DNA of 64,000 nucleotides from Candidatus Sulfomarinibacteraceae bacterium (GTDB lineage Bacteria > Acidobacteriota > Thermoanaerobaculia > Thermoanaerobaculales > Sulfomarinibacteraceae), in assembly GCA_963796455.1 (NCBI GenBank), contig CAWCLO010000001.1, forward strand, positions 1,088,001 to 1,152,000, written 5' to 3'. Under the pieces are notes generated by a model, which saw nothing but the letters and a program-made list of their open reading frames with translations, ran no database searches and was not told the origin of the DNA. Positions 9,746-19,233 of this stretch are shown here, one piece after another. Position 1 is the first letter of the stretch. Every line of letters starts with the position of its first letter. A program made the position numbers and the translations under genes.

Positions 9746-10534
9746 TTACTGAGCCGACTCGGCGCCGAGCGCCGCACGGATTTCCCCCAGCTTGGCCTGT
9801 ATCAAACTCACATTCTCAGGGCCCATGCGGAGAAAATGGCGCTGAGCGTCGGAAAGCGCTTCCAGTTCGTCGTCGGACCAGGCGTAGGTCAGCACCAACT
9901 GGGTCACTTGCGGCGGCTGTTCCAGAACCGGGACCCCAAGGAGCTGATCAAAAGCGGCGTCGAGCCTGGAATCAAAGCTTCGGTTGGGAGGGCCGATCTC
10001 GGCATAAGCCTCGTCGATCAACGGTTTGAGCTCCCGGTAGAGGGCCACCGTGCCTTCGGTATCGAGGGAGGCGACGACCTGTGCGATCCGATCGTAACGT
10101 TGATAACTCGAGGACTCGATCACGAGGGTACCGTCGCTCTTTTCATCGACTTCGAAACCCTCTTTCGGGCGCAGAAAATCGAGCTGTGAACGAGGGCTCC
10201 GACCGGCGGCGATGTTGTCGACGGATGACGTGAATCGACGGACCAGATCCTCGTTGACGAGCCACGAGGCAAGCTGCGGATTGGACGAGAGAGCCGCCAT
10301 GAGCTCTTGGACCACCGCGTCGGAAGTGCTCAAGGTCGTGCCGGAGAGCCTCGACGAGAGCCTTTCCTCGAGACCCGGTGTCGGGGACGGTTCCGGCAGT
10401 GGAGTGGCAACCGTCATCACTTCATCAGGAGCATCGGTCCCATCCCGGTTCGAAAACCACCAGGCGACAAATCCTGCCACAACCAATAACAGCGCAAGGA
10501 AGATCGCGACGATGATACGTATATTGCCGGACAT
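9746..10534 (-). CDS. DUF3014-family membrane-anchored protein
   Basis: N-terminal TM helix; DLVRRF..VDNIA, YQRYD, PLIDEAYAEIG and LLRMGPEN-like motifs. Confidence 0.8.
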   Translation of the reverse strand: MSGNIRIIVAIFLALLLVVAGFVAWWFSNRDGTDAPDEVMTVATPLPEPSPTPGLEERLSSRLSGTTLSTSDAVVQELMAALSSNPQLASWLVNEDLVRRFTSSVDNIAAGRSPRSQLDFLRPKEGFEVDEKSDGTLVIESSSYQRYDRIAQVVASLDTEGTVALYRELKPLIDEAYAEIGPPNRSFDSRLDAAFDQLLGVPVLEQPPQVTQLVLTYAWSDDELEALSDAQRHFLRMGPENVSLIQAKLGEIRAALGAESAQ

Positions 10535-10577
10535 GGGAGACCTCCACTACCCAGGATACACGTCTCACCAGAACAAC

Positions 10578-10611
10578 GGAGAAACCGCAGATCACGCAGA
10601 TGAACGCAGAT
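10578..10611. repeat. 9-mer repeat arm GGAGAAACCGCAGATCACGCAGATGAACGCAGAT
   Basis: Identical to 9546-9579. Confidence 0.9.
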
Positions 10612-10671
10612 CAACCATCACAATCGCTTCTGGGAGCGAATGTCCGTCCGCGTGATTCGTGAACGAACCCT

Positions 10672-11003
10672 AATTGCAGCGGCAGCGACAGTGTCCAGCG
10701 TCAGCGAGCAGCGACAGAGAACAGCAATCAGCGGCAGCGTTCAGGAGTCCAAGCGACGAAGTGGCCACCTCCGGATGGTTCAACAGAAGGAACAGCCGTT
10801 GTGGTGTAGGCGTCTCGCCTGCACACAGTGCGGCCGAGACGGCCGCACCACAAAGTCCGGAGCCCGAAGAAGTGAGTGCTGTTCGCTGTCCCGGCCGCTG
10901 ATAACTGATTGCTGCCGCTGACTCCTGATCACTGTCGCTGTCCCTGTCCCTGTACGCTATCCGAGACTCTGTCTTGGACAACAGTGATCCAGTATCCAGT
11001 ATC
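10672..11003 (+). mobile_element. Four-helix-bundle element without its ORF, carrying a REP doublet instead (copy B)
   Basis: In order: left end AATTGCAGCGGCAGCGACAGTGTCCAGCG; 5' arm of the leader hairpin; REP doublet; CCGAAGAAGTGA (last ORF codons); CGCTG arrays; terminal GGACAACAGTGA; CAGTATC x2. Confidence 0.8.
10799..10853. repeat. REP doublet (REPIN-like)
   Basis: TTGTGGTGTAGGCGTCTCGCCTGCA...TGCGGCCGAGACGGCCGCACCACAA: two self-palindromic arms in inverted orientation. Confidence 0.8.
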
Positions 11004-11067
11004 TGTCCCGGGTAACTTGATTGTGGCAAGCTGCCAATACGGTGCAAGCAACGGAACAGGAGCCCCG

Positions 11068-12597
11068 ATGATCGACCCCAAACTGAACCTGGCGCCCGCG
11101 GACGAACACAACCGGAAACTGGTTGCCAATGTCCATCCCTCCGACTGGCGCAATCCGAAACCGGATGGACGGTACAACATGGTGGTCCTCGGCGCCGGAA
11201 CCGCCGGTTTGGTGGCGGCCGCAGGAGCTGCAGGGATGGGCGCCAAGGTTGCTCTCGTTGAACGTTCTTTGATGGGGGGCGACTGCCTCAACGTCGGGTG
11301 CGTGCCGTCCAAGGCAATGATCCGGTCGGCCCATGTGGTACACGATCTTCGCACCGCCCATCGTTTGGGCGTCCGCCATTCCGGTGAGATCGAGGTGGAT
11401 TTTGCGCAGATCATGGAGCGCATGCGGAAGATCCGTGCCGGGATCTCGCCCCACGACAGCGCACAACGATTCAGCGACCACTACGGCATCGACGTCTTTT
11501 TTGGGTCCGCCGGTTTTACGAATCGCGCAACGATCGAGGTCGAGGGCACGGAACTTTCGTTTGCTCGGGCGGTGATCGCCACCGGTGCCCGCGCGGTGGT
11601 TCCGCCGGTACCCGGTCTCGAAGAAGCCGGATTCGTGACCAATCACAACGTTTTCAACCTCACCGAACTACCGCGCCGATTAGCGGTCATCGGTGGCGGC
11701 CCGATCGGTTGCGAACTGGCTCAGACCTTTGCTCGCCTCGGGTCCTTGGTCTCCATCATCGAGATGGGTGATCAATTTTTACCGCGCGAGGACCCTGATG
11801 CCGCTGCTCTGCTTCGAACCTCCCTCGAACGGGACGGAATCGATGTCCGGCTCTCGACCCGACTCGAACAAGTGATTTCAGCGGCAGCGGGCAAGGAACT
11901 GCAGATCGCCACTCCCAAGGGATTAGACCGGCTGGCTGTGGATGAAATACTGGTTGCCGTCGGGCGAAGACCGAATATCGAAGGCCTCAACCTCGAGGCG
12001 GCGGGCGTCGATTTCGACCACACAGGGGTCAAGATCAACGACTTCCTCCAGACCAGCAATCGCCGGATCTATGCATCCGGTGATATCTGCCTGCCCTACA
12101 GATTCACCCACACGGCCGATGCAAGCTCGCGGGCGGTGATCCAGAACGCGCTATTTCCGGGACCAAAGAAACGCCTCAGCCGACTCGTCATCCCCTGGTG
12201 TACCTACACGGATCCTGAAATTGCCCACGTCGGGATCTATGCCAGCGATGCAGAAGCCTCCGGCACCGAAATCGACACCTTTGAGTTCGCGATGAAGGAT
12301 GTGGACCGTGCCATCACCGATGGTGAAGAAGAAGGTTTTCTCAAGGTCCACGTCAAAAAAGGCTCGGACAGAATCCTCGGAGCCACGATCGTCGCGCGTC
12401 ATGCCGGCGAGCTCATCTCCGAGATCACCACCGCCATGGTCGCCGGCATGGGTCTCGGCGGTTTTTCGAGCGTCATCCACCCCTATCCGACCCGGATGGA
12501 AGTCATCCGCCGAGCAGCTGATATCTACAACCGCAACAAGTTGACGCCGCGGGTGGCAGGAATCCTCGATCGCTGGTTTACGTGGAAACGGAGATAG
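11068..12597 (+). CDS. Pyridine nucleotide-disulfide oxidoreductase (mercuric reductase-like / Lpd family)
   Basis: GAGTAG, GGDCLNVGCVPSK, GGGPIGCE and IHPYPT; lacks the C-terminal CC of MerA. Confidence 0.9.
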   Translation: MIDPKLNLAPADEHNRKLVANVHPSDWRNPKPDGRYNMVVLGAGTAGLVAAAGAAGMGAKVALVERSLMGGDCLNVGCVPSKAMIRSAHVVHDLRTAHRLGVRHSGEIEVDFAQIMERMRKIRAGISPHDSAQRFSDHYGIDVFFGSAGFTNRATIEVEGTELSFARAVIATGARAVVPPVPGLEEAGFVTNHNVFNLTELPRRLAVIGGGPIGCELAQTFARLGSLVSIIEMGDQFLPREDPDAAALLRTSLERDGIDVRLSTRLEQVISAAAGKELQIATPKGLDRLAVDEILVAVGRRPNIEGLNLEAAGVDFDHTGVKINDFLQTSNRRIYASGDICLPYRFTHTADASSRAVIQNALFPGPKKRLSRLVIPWCTYTDPEIAHVGIYASDAEASGTEIDTFEFAMKDVDRAITDGEEEGFLKVHVKKGSDRILGATIVARHAGELISEITTAMVAGMGLGGFSSVIHPYPTRMEVIRRAADIYNRNKLTPRVAGILDRWFTWKRR

Positions 12598-12631
12598 CAA
12601 AGGCTCCGGCGATGCAGTTGGATGGGCGCCG

Positions 12632-13159
12632 TCAGAAACCCTCGAGGACAGCGGTAACCAATGCGCTGGAAAACTCACGCGATAGCTCGGTCATGGCGAG
12701 ATTCTGGCGATCAAAGAAATCGACCGCCGAAGGATCGACCCGATACGAGGTGCGCCGGGAGAATGCCTTGTCTTCCCACAGAATCACGGCCTCTTCTCCG
12801 CGAATGTCCTTGAGCTGGACCAGGGCCTGCAGACTCATCTGATACTCGTTGGCACGCCCCTGCTCATCATAAGAGACCGGGATGATCGCCAGGCGTTGAA
12901 TAACGCCAGCCAACACCACATCGGCCTGTTCCGGGTTGTCGACCAGCCGCAGACGGCGGCGACGAACCCATTCCAGGGTCAATGCCTCCATCAGCCGCTG
13001 ATCAATATCGACCCATCGGGTCTGGTTCTTGAAGTTCTCGACGTAGAGGGTGTCGATCTCCTCGGGGAGAAATGAGGTCGTTCCGACAAGGTGATAGCCG
13101 CAGCCTGAAAGCTCGGCGATCAGCAGAATCATCACGATCAAACGGGCGGCGATCTTCAC
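12632..13159 (-). CDS. lptE: LPS assembly lipoprotein LptE family
   Basis: Lipobox LSGC-GYHL; TLYVENFKNQT; ADVVLAGVI; start re-called to GTG 13159. Confidence 0.7.
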   Translation of the reverse strand: MKIAARLIVMILLIAELSGCGYHLVGTTSFLPEEIDTLYVENFKNQTRWVDIDQRLMEALTLEWVRRRRLRLVDNPEQADVVLAGVIQRLAIIPVSYDEQGRANEYQMSLQALVQLKDIRGEEAVILWEDKAFSRRTSYRVDPSAVDFFDRQNLAMTELSREFSSALVTAVLEGF

Positions 13160-13235
13160 ACGCGAAAGGTACCACATGCGGGGCACAGGGAAAGGGAGAG
13201 AGGGAGAAGGACAGGTCCTAGGAGAGGGTCCGGGC

Positions 13236-14567
13236 TCAGCGCTTCTTCCGCTTTGTTTCCCGGATCTGCCGTATCTCCTGCAGGCGTTCGCTGATGCGAC
13301 GCTCCCAGCCGTATTCGGTTGGATCGTAGAATCGCTCATCCGCCAACTCGTCGGGCAGGCACTCGAGATCCGCCACCCCGCCTTCGTGGTCGTGGGCATA
13401 ACGATATCCCTCCCCATACCCGGCATCCTTCATCAGAGCGGTTGGCGCGTTGCGGATCGCCATCGGAATCGGAAGACCGGGCCGGCGACGGATCTCCTTC
13501 TTGACTCGGCCGTAGGCGGTGTAGAGGGCGTTGGATTTGGCTGCCAGCGCCAGATAGACCGCAGCCTGTGCGAGCGCCAGCTCACATTCCGGCATGCCTA
13601 CATGTTCGACCGAATGAGCCGCAGCAGCCACCTGCTGGAGCGCCCGGGGGTCGGCCATCCCGATGTCCTCCGAAGCCATCCGCAACATCCTCCGAACCAC
13701 GTAACGCGGATCGGCACCGCCCTGGAGCATTCGGCCGAGCCAGTAGAGGGATGCGTCGACATCGGAGTTTCGAACCGCCTTGTGGAGGGCCGAAATGAGG
13801 TTGAAGTGTTCCTCGCCTCCCTTGTCATATACCGCGACCACGTTCTGCGCGGCCCGCTCCACAAACCCGACATCCACGAGTCCGACGTCCTCCGATCGAG
13901 CCACGGCGACCGCGAGCTCGAGCAGATTCAGCGCCTGGCGCGCGTCGCCGGCAGCAATCGTCGCGATCAGCTCGAGGGCCCCGGCATCGACCTCGGGCGC
14001 CACAGCGCCAAGCCCTCGATCCGAGTCGGCCAGCGCCTTTTCCAGTAGCCCGGAGATCTCCGCCGGGCTCAGAGGATCGAGGATATAGACCTTGAGACGC
14101 GAAAGGAGCGCTCGATTGAGCTCGAAGGACGGGTTTTCGGTCGTCGCACCCACCAGCACGATGTCCCCCGCCTCCACGAACGGCAGGAAAGCATCCTGTT
14201 GGGCCCGATTGAAGCGATGAATCTCATCGACAAAGAGCACCGTGCGGCGGCCTTCCGCCTGGCGCAGGCGACGGGCATCGGTCATCACGGCTCGAGCTTC
14301 CTTGACCCCGGACAAAACCGCCGAAAAGGTCACCATCTCGGCCCCGGCTGCCTCGGCCAACAACCTGGCAATGGTCGTTTTACCGGTTCCCGGCGGGCCC
14401 CAGAAGACCATCGATGGGAGGTCTCCCCGCGCCAGGAGGGACCGGATCACGCCCTCGTTGCCGACCAGCGCGGGTTGTCCCACGACCTGATCGAGATCGC
14501 GCGGTCGCATACGCTCGGCGAGGGGGCCTACGGAGGGATCATCCGGAAACAGCGTCGATTGTCCCAA
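13236..14567 (-). CDS. rarA: Replication-associated recombination protein A
   Basis: [39 protein letters not shown] and ISALHKAVR. Confidence 0.95.
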   Translation of the reverse strand: MGQSTLFPDDPSVGPLAERMRPRDLDQVVGQPALVGNEGVIRSLLARGDLPSMVFWGPPGTGKTTIARLLAEAAGAEMVTFSAVLSGVKEARAVMTDARRLRQAEGRRTVLFVDEIHRFNRAQQDAFLPFVEAGDIVLVGATTENPSFELNRALLSRLKVYILDPLSPAEISGLLEKALADSDRGLGAVAPEVDAGALELIATIAAGDARQALNLLELAVAVARSEDVGLVDVGFVERAAQNVVAVYDKGGEEHFNLISALHKAVRNSDVDASLYWLGRMLQGGADPRYVVRRMLRMASEDIGMADPRALQQVAAAAHSVEHVGMPECELALAQAAVYLALAAKSNALYTAYGRVKKEIRRRPGLPIPMAIRNAPTALMKDAGYGEGYRYAHDHEGGVADLECLPDELADERFYDPTEYGWERRISERLQEIRQIRETKRKKR

Positions 14568-14570
14568 GCT

Positions 14571-14879
14571 TCATCCCTGCGCGCGTTCCGATTCCATCTT
14601 CGATCGGTGCTGACAGTGCTCGCTGCAAAAGACACGGCGGTCGCCGCTCGTCAGCGCCCGGCCGGCCGGCACAAAGGTCCCACACGCGGAGCACTCGACG
14701 AGATCTTCAGTAGTCGGCGAAGAGTTCTCGGACCATTTCTGCCGTCGCCGACGGGCCTCGGGAGAATAGCGGCTGAAGCTGTCCGCACCGGGGGAGCGTT
14801 CTGAGAGTCTCCGCCCGATCGCGGCGAGTATGCGCCACACGACCAAAAGCACAGCGACGACAAGCAGAATACGTTGCAT
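14571..14879 (-). CDS. Small TM/zinc-ribbon protein (PP0621-like)
   Basis: N-terminal TM; LVECSACGTFVP...FCSEHC. Confidence 0.7.
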   Translation of the reverse strand: MQRILLVVAVLLVVWRILAAIGRRLSERSPGADSFSRYSPEARRRRQKWSENSSPTTEDLVECSACGTFVPAGRALTSGDRRVFCSEHCQHRSKMESERAQG

Positions 14880-15134
14880 GAATCGTTCCTCCGAAGACGG
14901 GGAGGTTGAGTATACGCCAACATCAATACTCGGATCTGAAATCTCGAATCACTGTTGTCCGAGAACACGGGCGGCAACGTCAGTGTCCAGCGACAGGGAC
15001 AGGGACAGGGACAGGGCAGTGTTCCGTGTTCAGCGATCAGCGGCAGCGGCAGCGGCAGCGGCAGTGAGCAGCGACAGGGAACAGCTGTCAGCGATCAGTG
15101 TTCATCGGCAGCGATCAGGTGTCCAGTCGGCGAA

Positions 15135-15275
15135 ATGGCCACCTCCGGGTCGTTCAACAGGAAGGGGTAGCCGGTGGGCGGCCGATGTCAAGGACAGGCA
15201 GGGTGCAGGGCATCCTTGACATCGGCCACCACACCGGCATGTGGGAATGGGCATGAACGACCCGGAGGTGACCAT
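15135..15275. ncRNA. Conserved nested stem-loop (leader of the four-helix-bundle gene); RNA versus ssDNA function unknown
   Basis: 22-bp outer stem 15135-15156/15254-15275 with 1 mismatch, covering GGAGG and the AT of ATG. Inner perfect 15-bp stem GGCCGATGTCAAGGA/TCCTTGACATCGGCC, extended by GCCGGTG/CACCGGC. Confidence 0.6.
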
Positions 15276-15627
15276 GTCCTCAGCCGCCACGAACACCAAC
15301 CTCGTTGCCCACTCGAAAGCCCTCGAAGCAGCAGGAATCGCGATCAAGCTTGTAATGAGGGTTCCATCGCCGCTGAAGTCCATAGCCGATCAGGTAATCC
15401 GTTCGGCAAGTTCAGTCCCAGCGAACCTGGCAGAAGGGCACGGTCGATTCGGTAGAGACCGGTCCAACCACTGGAGAATCGCCTACGCCTCGGCGAAGGA
15501 GGTCGACAGTCACCTGAAGCTCCTCGCACAGGCCGGGGCGATCAGCCGAACAGCCGCCCGTGAAGCGATGAAAGCCTTCGATGAGGTACGTGCCATGACC
15601 TGGCGGCTATTGAATCCGAAGAAATGA
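15274..15627 (+). CDS. Four-helix-bundle protein (23S rRNA IVP / TIGR02436-like), 117 aa
   Basis: DQVIRSASSVPANLAEGHGR and IAYASAKEV family motifs; GGAGGTGACC precedes the ATG. Confidence 0.9.
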   Translation: MSSAATNTNLVAHSKALEAAGIAIKLVMRVPSPLKSIADQVIRSASSVPANLAEGHGRFGRDRSNHWRIAYASAKEVDSHLKLLAQAGAISRTAAREAMKAFDEVRAMTWRLLNPKK

Positions 15628-15767
15628 GCGCTGTTCGCTGTCGCTGACTTCTGTTAGCTGACCCTGTCCGCTGTCGCTGCCGCTGGACTCTGCCGCTGCC
15701 GCCGGTCACTGAACGCCGTCCAGGACACTGTCCAGGGGAATGGTGAATTCGAATTTCGGAATCGGCG

Positions 15768-16367
15768 CTAACCGCCGAGGACCTCGCTTTCGAGACCCGA
15801 GAGATCGGGGATCGAGGGATTGTTTGTTTTCAGTTCTTTCAAACGGGCGAGTGCGGCTGCCGCCGCTTCGTGATCGTGGGTGTCGAATTGGTAGATGATG
15901 ACCTTGTTGTACCAGGCCTGCCAATGCTCGGGATGGATCTCGATCGCGCGATCAAGTTTCTCGACCGCAATCTGAGGCTGCTTCAAGTTCCGATAGACCA
16001 CCGCCAGGTCCGTCAGGACATTCGCGTCATTCGGTACAATTTGCAGAGATTTCTCGTACCAACTCCGGGCGTCCTCCCAACTCGAGGCATCAAAGAAGGC
16101 ATTGCCCATTGCCGCCATCAATCCAGGGTCATTGGGATTCGAGGCCATCAATCCCTGAATCTCCGAGATTTGTTGCTGTAATCGCTGTGCTTCGGCGGCT
16201 GCCGCCTGATCGATCGGTGGGTGTCCATCGGGCAGAGCCTCTCCCTGCGCGGCCGCAGGCGCGAGGGCCTTGTTCGGGGGTACCGGCTGCCTTTCGGCAA
16301 AGACGTAGCCCAGGACGAGACCGACCATCAACCCAATTACAAGCGTGAACCACGGATTTCGAAACAT
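15768..16367 (-). CDS. Membrane-anchored TPR protein
   Basis: TM helix; LPDGHPPI; TPR motifs (VLTDLAVVY). Confidence 0.8.
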   Translation of the reverse strand: MFRNPWFTLVIGLMVGLVLGYVFAERQPVPPNKALAPAAAQGEALPDGHPPIDQAAAAEAQRLQQQISEIQGLMASNPNDPGLMAAMGNAFFDASSWEDARSWYEKSLQIVPNDANVLTDLAVVYRNLKQPQIAVEKLDRAIEIHPEHWQAWYNKVIIYQFDTHDHEAAAAALARLKELKTNNPSIPDLSGLESEVLGG

Positions 16368-16467
16368 CTGAAAAAACCTCCTCCGGCCGGAATCGGCCAG
16401 GAACGGGGAATTTAGCACGAATCGGCGAAAGATGTCCCGCCCGGCATTCGAAAAATGGTGATGGCCC

Positions 16468-17187
16468 CTATTCGGTGTCGACGACCCGTGTCGCTGTCCA
16501 GGTGCCGGAGGAAGGAAGACCACTCGCCAGTTGAGTCGCTTCCCAACTGCCCTGAAGACGCTGACCGCTGCCGGTGCCGACCAGGCGTCCATAAAAAATC
16601 GCCGCAAAACCGATCTGCGAATCGATTCGTTCCAACCGGACCTTGCCAGCAACGAAGGTACCGCGGAAGGACCCGGAAAAGCCTCCCGACAAAGCGTAGG
16701 TACCGCTGACAAGGGTGCCCTGCTGTTGCAGGAAGATCAGACCCTCCTGGCCGGGGTCGACATTAACCTGCCAGGTTCCGGAGAGAGGAGCCGATCCGCC
16801 GCCGACCGCCGCGTTGAGCCGCTGAATCTCCTCGTTGATGGCCGCCAACATCGTCGCGTTCTCGAGCAACGAGCGCCGCAATTGTTGCGCCTTGAAAAGA
16901 CCATCGAGCATGGCGCTCTCGATCTGCCGGATATCGTCATCCCGAAGACGAAGGCTTTCGGCCGTCTCACCCTGTTGCTGGGCCCTGAGGAGATTGCTCG
17001 ACTGCATATCCAATCGCGACCAGATTTCGGTCAGGTTCTCTCGGACTTCAACCAGTTCCTGCATCTGCCCGGCCAGAATGCCTTCTCGAATCTTGGCCTG
17101 TCCGCGGAGGCTCTCGACCACCTGAGAGTTCGCAACTATCGGTTGCAGCAGCGCGACGACTCCAACGAGAAGTGCGGCTCGTTTCAT
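16468..17187 (-). CDS. Secreted hypothetical protein (coiled coil plus beta domain)
   Basis: Signal peptide MKRAALLVGVVALL; LSGTW...GTWTATR. Confidence 0.7.
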   Translation of the reverse strand: MKRAALLVGVVALLQPIVANSQVVESLRGQAKIREGILAGQMQELVEVRENLTEIWSRLDMQSSNLLRAQQQGETAESLRLRDDDIRQIESAMLDGLFKAQQLRRSLLENATMLAAINEEIQRLNAAVGGGSAPLSGTWQVNVDPGQEGLIFLQQQGTLVSGTYALSGGFSGSFRGTFVAGKVRLERIDSQIGFAAIFYGRLVGTGSGQRLQGSWEATQLASGLPSSGTWTATRVVDTE

Positions 17188-17222
17188 CCGGCGCTCCCCT
17201 TCCGCCCTTTGATGGACCCTGC

Positions 17223-18446
17223 TCATTCACCCTCAAAACGATTGACCACCGCGGTGCCAACCAGATCGCTCCACACGTTGGTAGCGGTTCGCATCATATC
17301 GAGCACGCGATCGACGGCGATGATCGTGCCGATTCCCTCGAGGGGCAGTCCAACCGCCTGGAGCACGACAACCAACATCACCAAACCGGCCATCGGGATA
17401 CCGGCCGCTCCGACCGATGCCAGGAGAGCTGTCAACAAGACCAACGCCTGCTGCAGCAGGCCAAGATCCACTCCGTACATCTGGGCAATGGTCAAAGCCG
17501 CCACCGCTTCATAGAGCGCCGTCCCATCCATGTTCACAGTTGCGCCAAGCGGCAGCACAAAACTCGACACGCCCCTTCGGTTGCCTGACTTCTCGGAGCA
17601 ATCCATGCTCAGCGGCAAGGTAGCCGACGACGAAGCGGTGGAAAATGCGGTCGCGACCGCAGGCGCCATCGCACGCGCATAGTCGATGGGTTTTCGCCGC
17701 GCGAGCACCGTAAGAATCAACGGCAAGGTCACGGTGGCGTGGATCAATAGGCCGAGACCGACGGTCAGAAAATAATAGCGAAGGTCCCAGATGATCCCGG
17801 GCCCGCTCCGTGCGACTTCTCGCGCGAGCAGGGCGAAGATGCCCACCGGAGCGAACTTGACGATGGCAAGCGTCAAGGCCTGGATAATCTCGAGAACCCC
17901 GTCCACCACCCGTTTTACGGTGTCGACGTTCGACCCGTTGAGACGGGTCAGAAACAGACCGAACAACAATGCAAAGACGATGACCGGCAGCACTTCTCCA
18001 GAAGCCATGGCTGCCACGATATTGTCCGGCACCATACGAATCAAAAACTGGGGAAGAGTCTGGGTTGCGGTTGTAAAACCTTCCGGCAGCTCCGATGTGC
18101 CCGCCAGATCAAGATATTTGCCGGGACGAATGATGTTGACCAACGTCAGACCGACGGCAATCGCCAGGGTTGTCGAGGCGGTGTAATAGATCATCGTCCG
18201 AATTCCCACGCGACCCACCGAACGGGCGGTTCCGAGGCTGGAAATTCCGCTGACCAATGAGGTGAAGATCAATGGAATGATGATCATCTTGAGCGCACGG
18301 AGAAAAAGATCACCGAGAAAACCGATGCTCTCGGAGGCCGCCGGCGCCAGCCAACCAAAGGCGACACCGGTTACGAGAGCGATCAGCACCTGCCAATGCA
18401 GTTTGAGGTACCAGGGCTTTGAGGTCAGGTTGTTTTCGGTCATCAA
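17223..18446 (-). CDS. Dicarboxylate/amino acid:cation symporter (DAACS, GltP-like)
   Basis: FSTASSSATLP, LPLGATVNMDGTALY and DRVLDMMRTATNV. Confidence 0.95.
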   Translation of the reverse strand: MMTENNLTSKPWYLKLHWQVLIALVTGVAFGWLAPAASESIGFLGDLFLRALKMIIIPLIFTSLVSGISSLGTARSVGRVGIRTMIYYTASTTLAIAVGLTLVNIIRPGKYLDLAGTSELPEGFTTATQTLPQFLIRMVPDNIVAAMASGEVLPVIVFALLFGLFLTRLNGSNVDTVKRVVDGVLEIIQALTLAIVKFAPVGIFALLAREVARSGPGIIWDLRYYFLTVGLGLLIHATVTLPLILTVLARRKPIDYARAMAPAVATAFSTASSSATLPLSMDCSEKSGNRRGVSSFVLPLGATVNMDGTALYEAVAALTIAQMYGVDLGLLQQALVLLTALLASVGAAGIPMAGLVMLVVVLQAVGLPLEGIGTIIAVDRVLDMMRTATNVWSDLVGTAVVNRFEGE

Positions 18447-18665
18447 TCCTCCGTTGTCATCGCGCAGAGGATACCATCGGCAGCCGCAAGGTCTCAGCTT
18501 TTTGACGATCGGTCATGCCGGTTTTCGGGAGAATTCGTCTCCGGAAACCAAGGTGCTGATTTCGGCCGTACAGAGGGAGAGGATAGGGCGATGGCCGCCG
18601 AGCCGCAGCGAAGATCTCGGTGCCTGCGAGACGGGCTCCGAACTCGAGTCGAAAAGTCGACCGAT

Positions 18666-19169
18666 CTACTCGTCGTCCTGACTGACGACGTGACCGAGCG
18701 CATCCTCGACCTGAGCTTCGACCTTTTCAACTGGTCGACCTTCCACCTCTGCGACCTCGTTCACCAGGAGCTGCCGGGCGTGGTCATACATTTTGCGTTC
18801 GCGAAAACTCAAGGTCTTGCGGCTCGCGACCTCGGCCAGACACAGAAGAACATTGACGATTTCGTCCAGGTCACCGGTCTTGATGCGTTCGAGATTCGCG
18901 CGGTAGCGATCTTTCCAATCCTCGGCATTCTCGCCTTCAGAGGATTTCAGACGCTTCATGGCCCGACGAACCAGCTTCTTTTCTGAAAGAGGCCGCAACC
19001 CGACTCTCTCCGAGTTACTCACGGGCACCATCACCTTGGAATCGGAGTTGATCAGGCGCAGGTGGTAGCATTTCATATCGGTGCCGGCAAAGACCTCATT
19101 CGCGATGGTTTCGACTTCCGACACGCCTTGACTCGGATAGACGACCTTGTCCCCGACCTTGAACTGCAC
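18666..19169 (-). CDS. carD: CarD-family transcription regulator
   Basis: FKVGDKVVYP, VGLRP, WKDRYR and LSFRERKM. Confidence 0.9.
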   Translation of the reverse strand: MQFKVGDKVVYPSQGVSEVETIANEVFAGTDMKCYHLRLINSDSKVMVPVSNSERVGLRPLSEKKLVRRAMKRLKSSEGENAEDWKDRYRANLERIKTGDLDEIVNVLLCLAEVASRKTLSFRERKMYDHARQLLVNEVAEVEGRPVEKVEAQVEDALGHVVSQDDE

Positions 19170-19233
19170 TCGTGCCCCTTTCGTGAACGACTCAGAGTAA
19201 CACGGCCAAATCGCCGATTCCTACCTTTTCGCT

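Larger units (their letters stand above)
14949..15745 (+). mobile_element. Four-helix-bundle element, intact (copy C)
   Basis: TCAC...GTGA ends; left CAGGGA/CAGCGG arrays; hairpin leader; intact ORF; right CGCTG arrays. Mobility is inferred from dispersal. Confidence 0.75.

Noticed and set aside
11068..12597. True mercuric reductase (merA)
   Set aside because: Lacks the C-terminal Cys-Cys and the N-terminal HMA domain; no mer genes nearby.
14949..15745. 23S rRNA intervening sequence
   Set aside because: No rRNA sequence flanks any copy; all copies lie between protein-coding genes.
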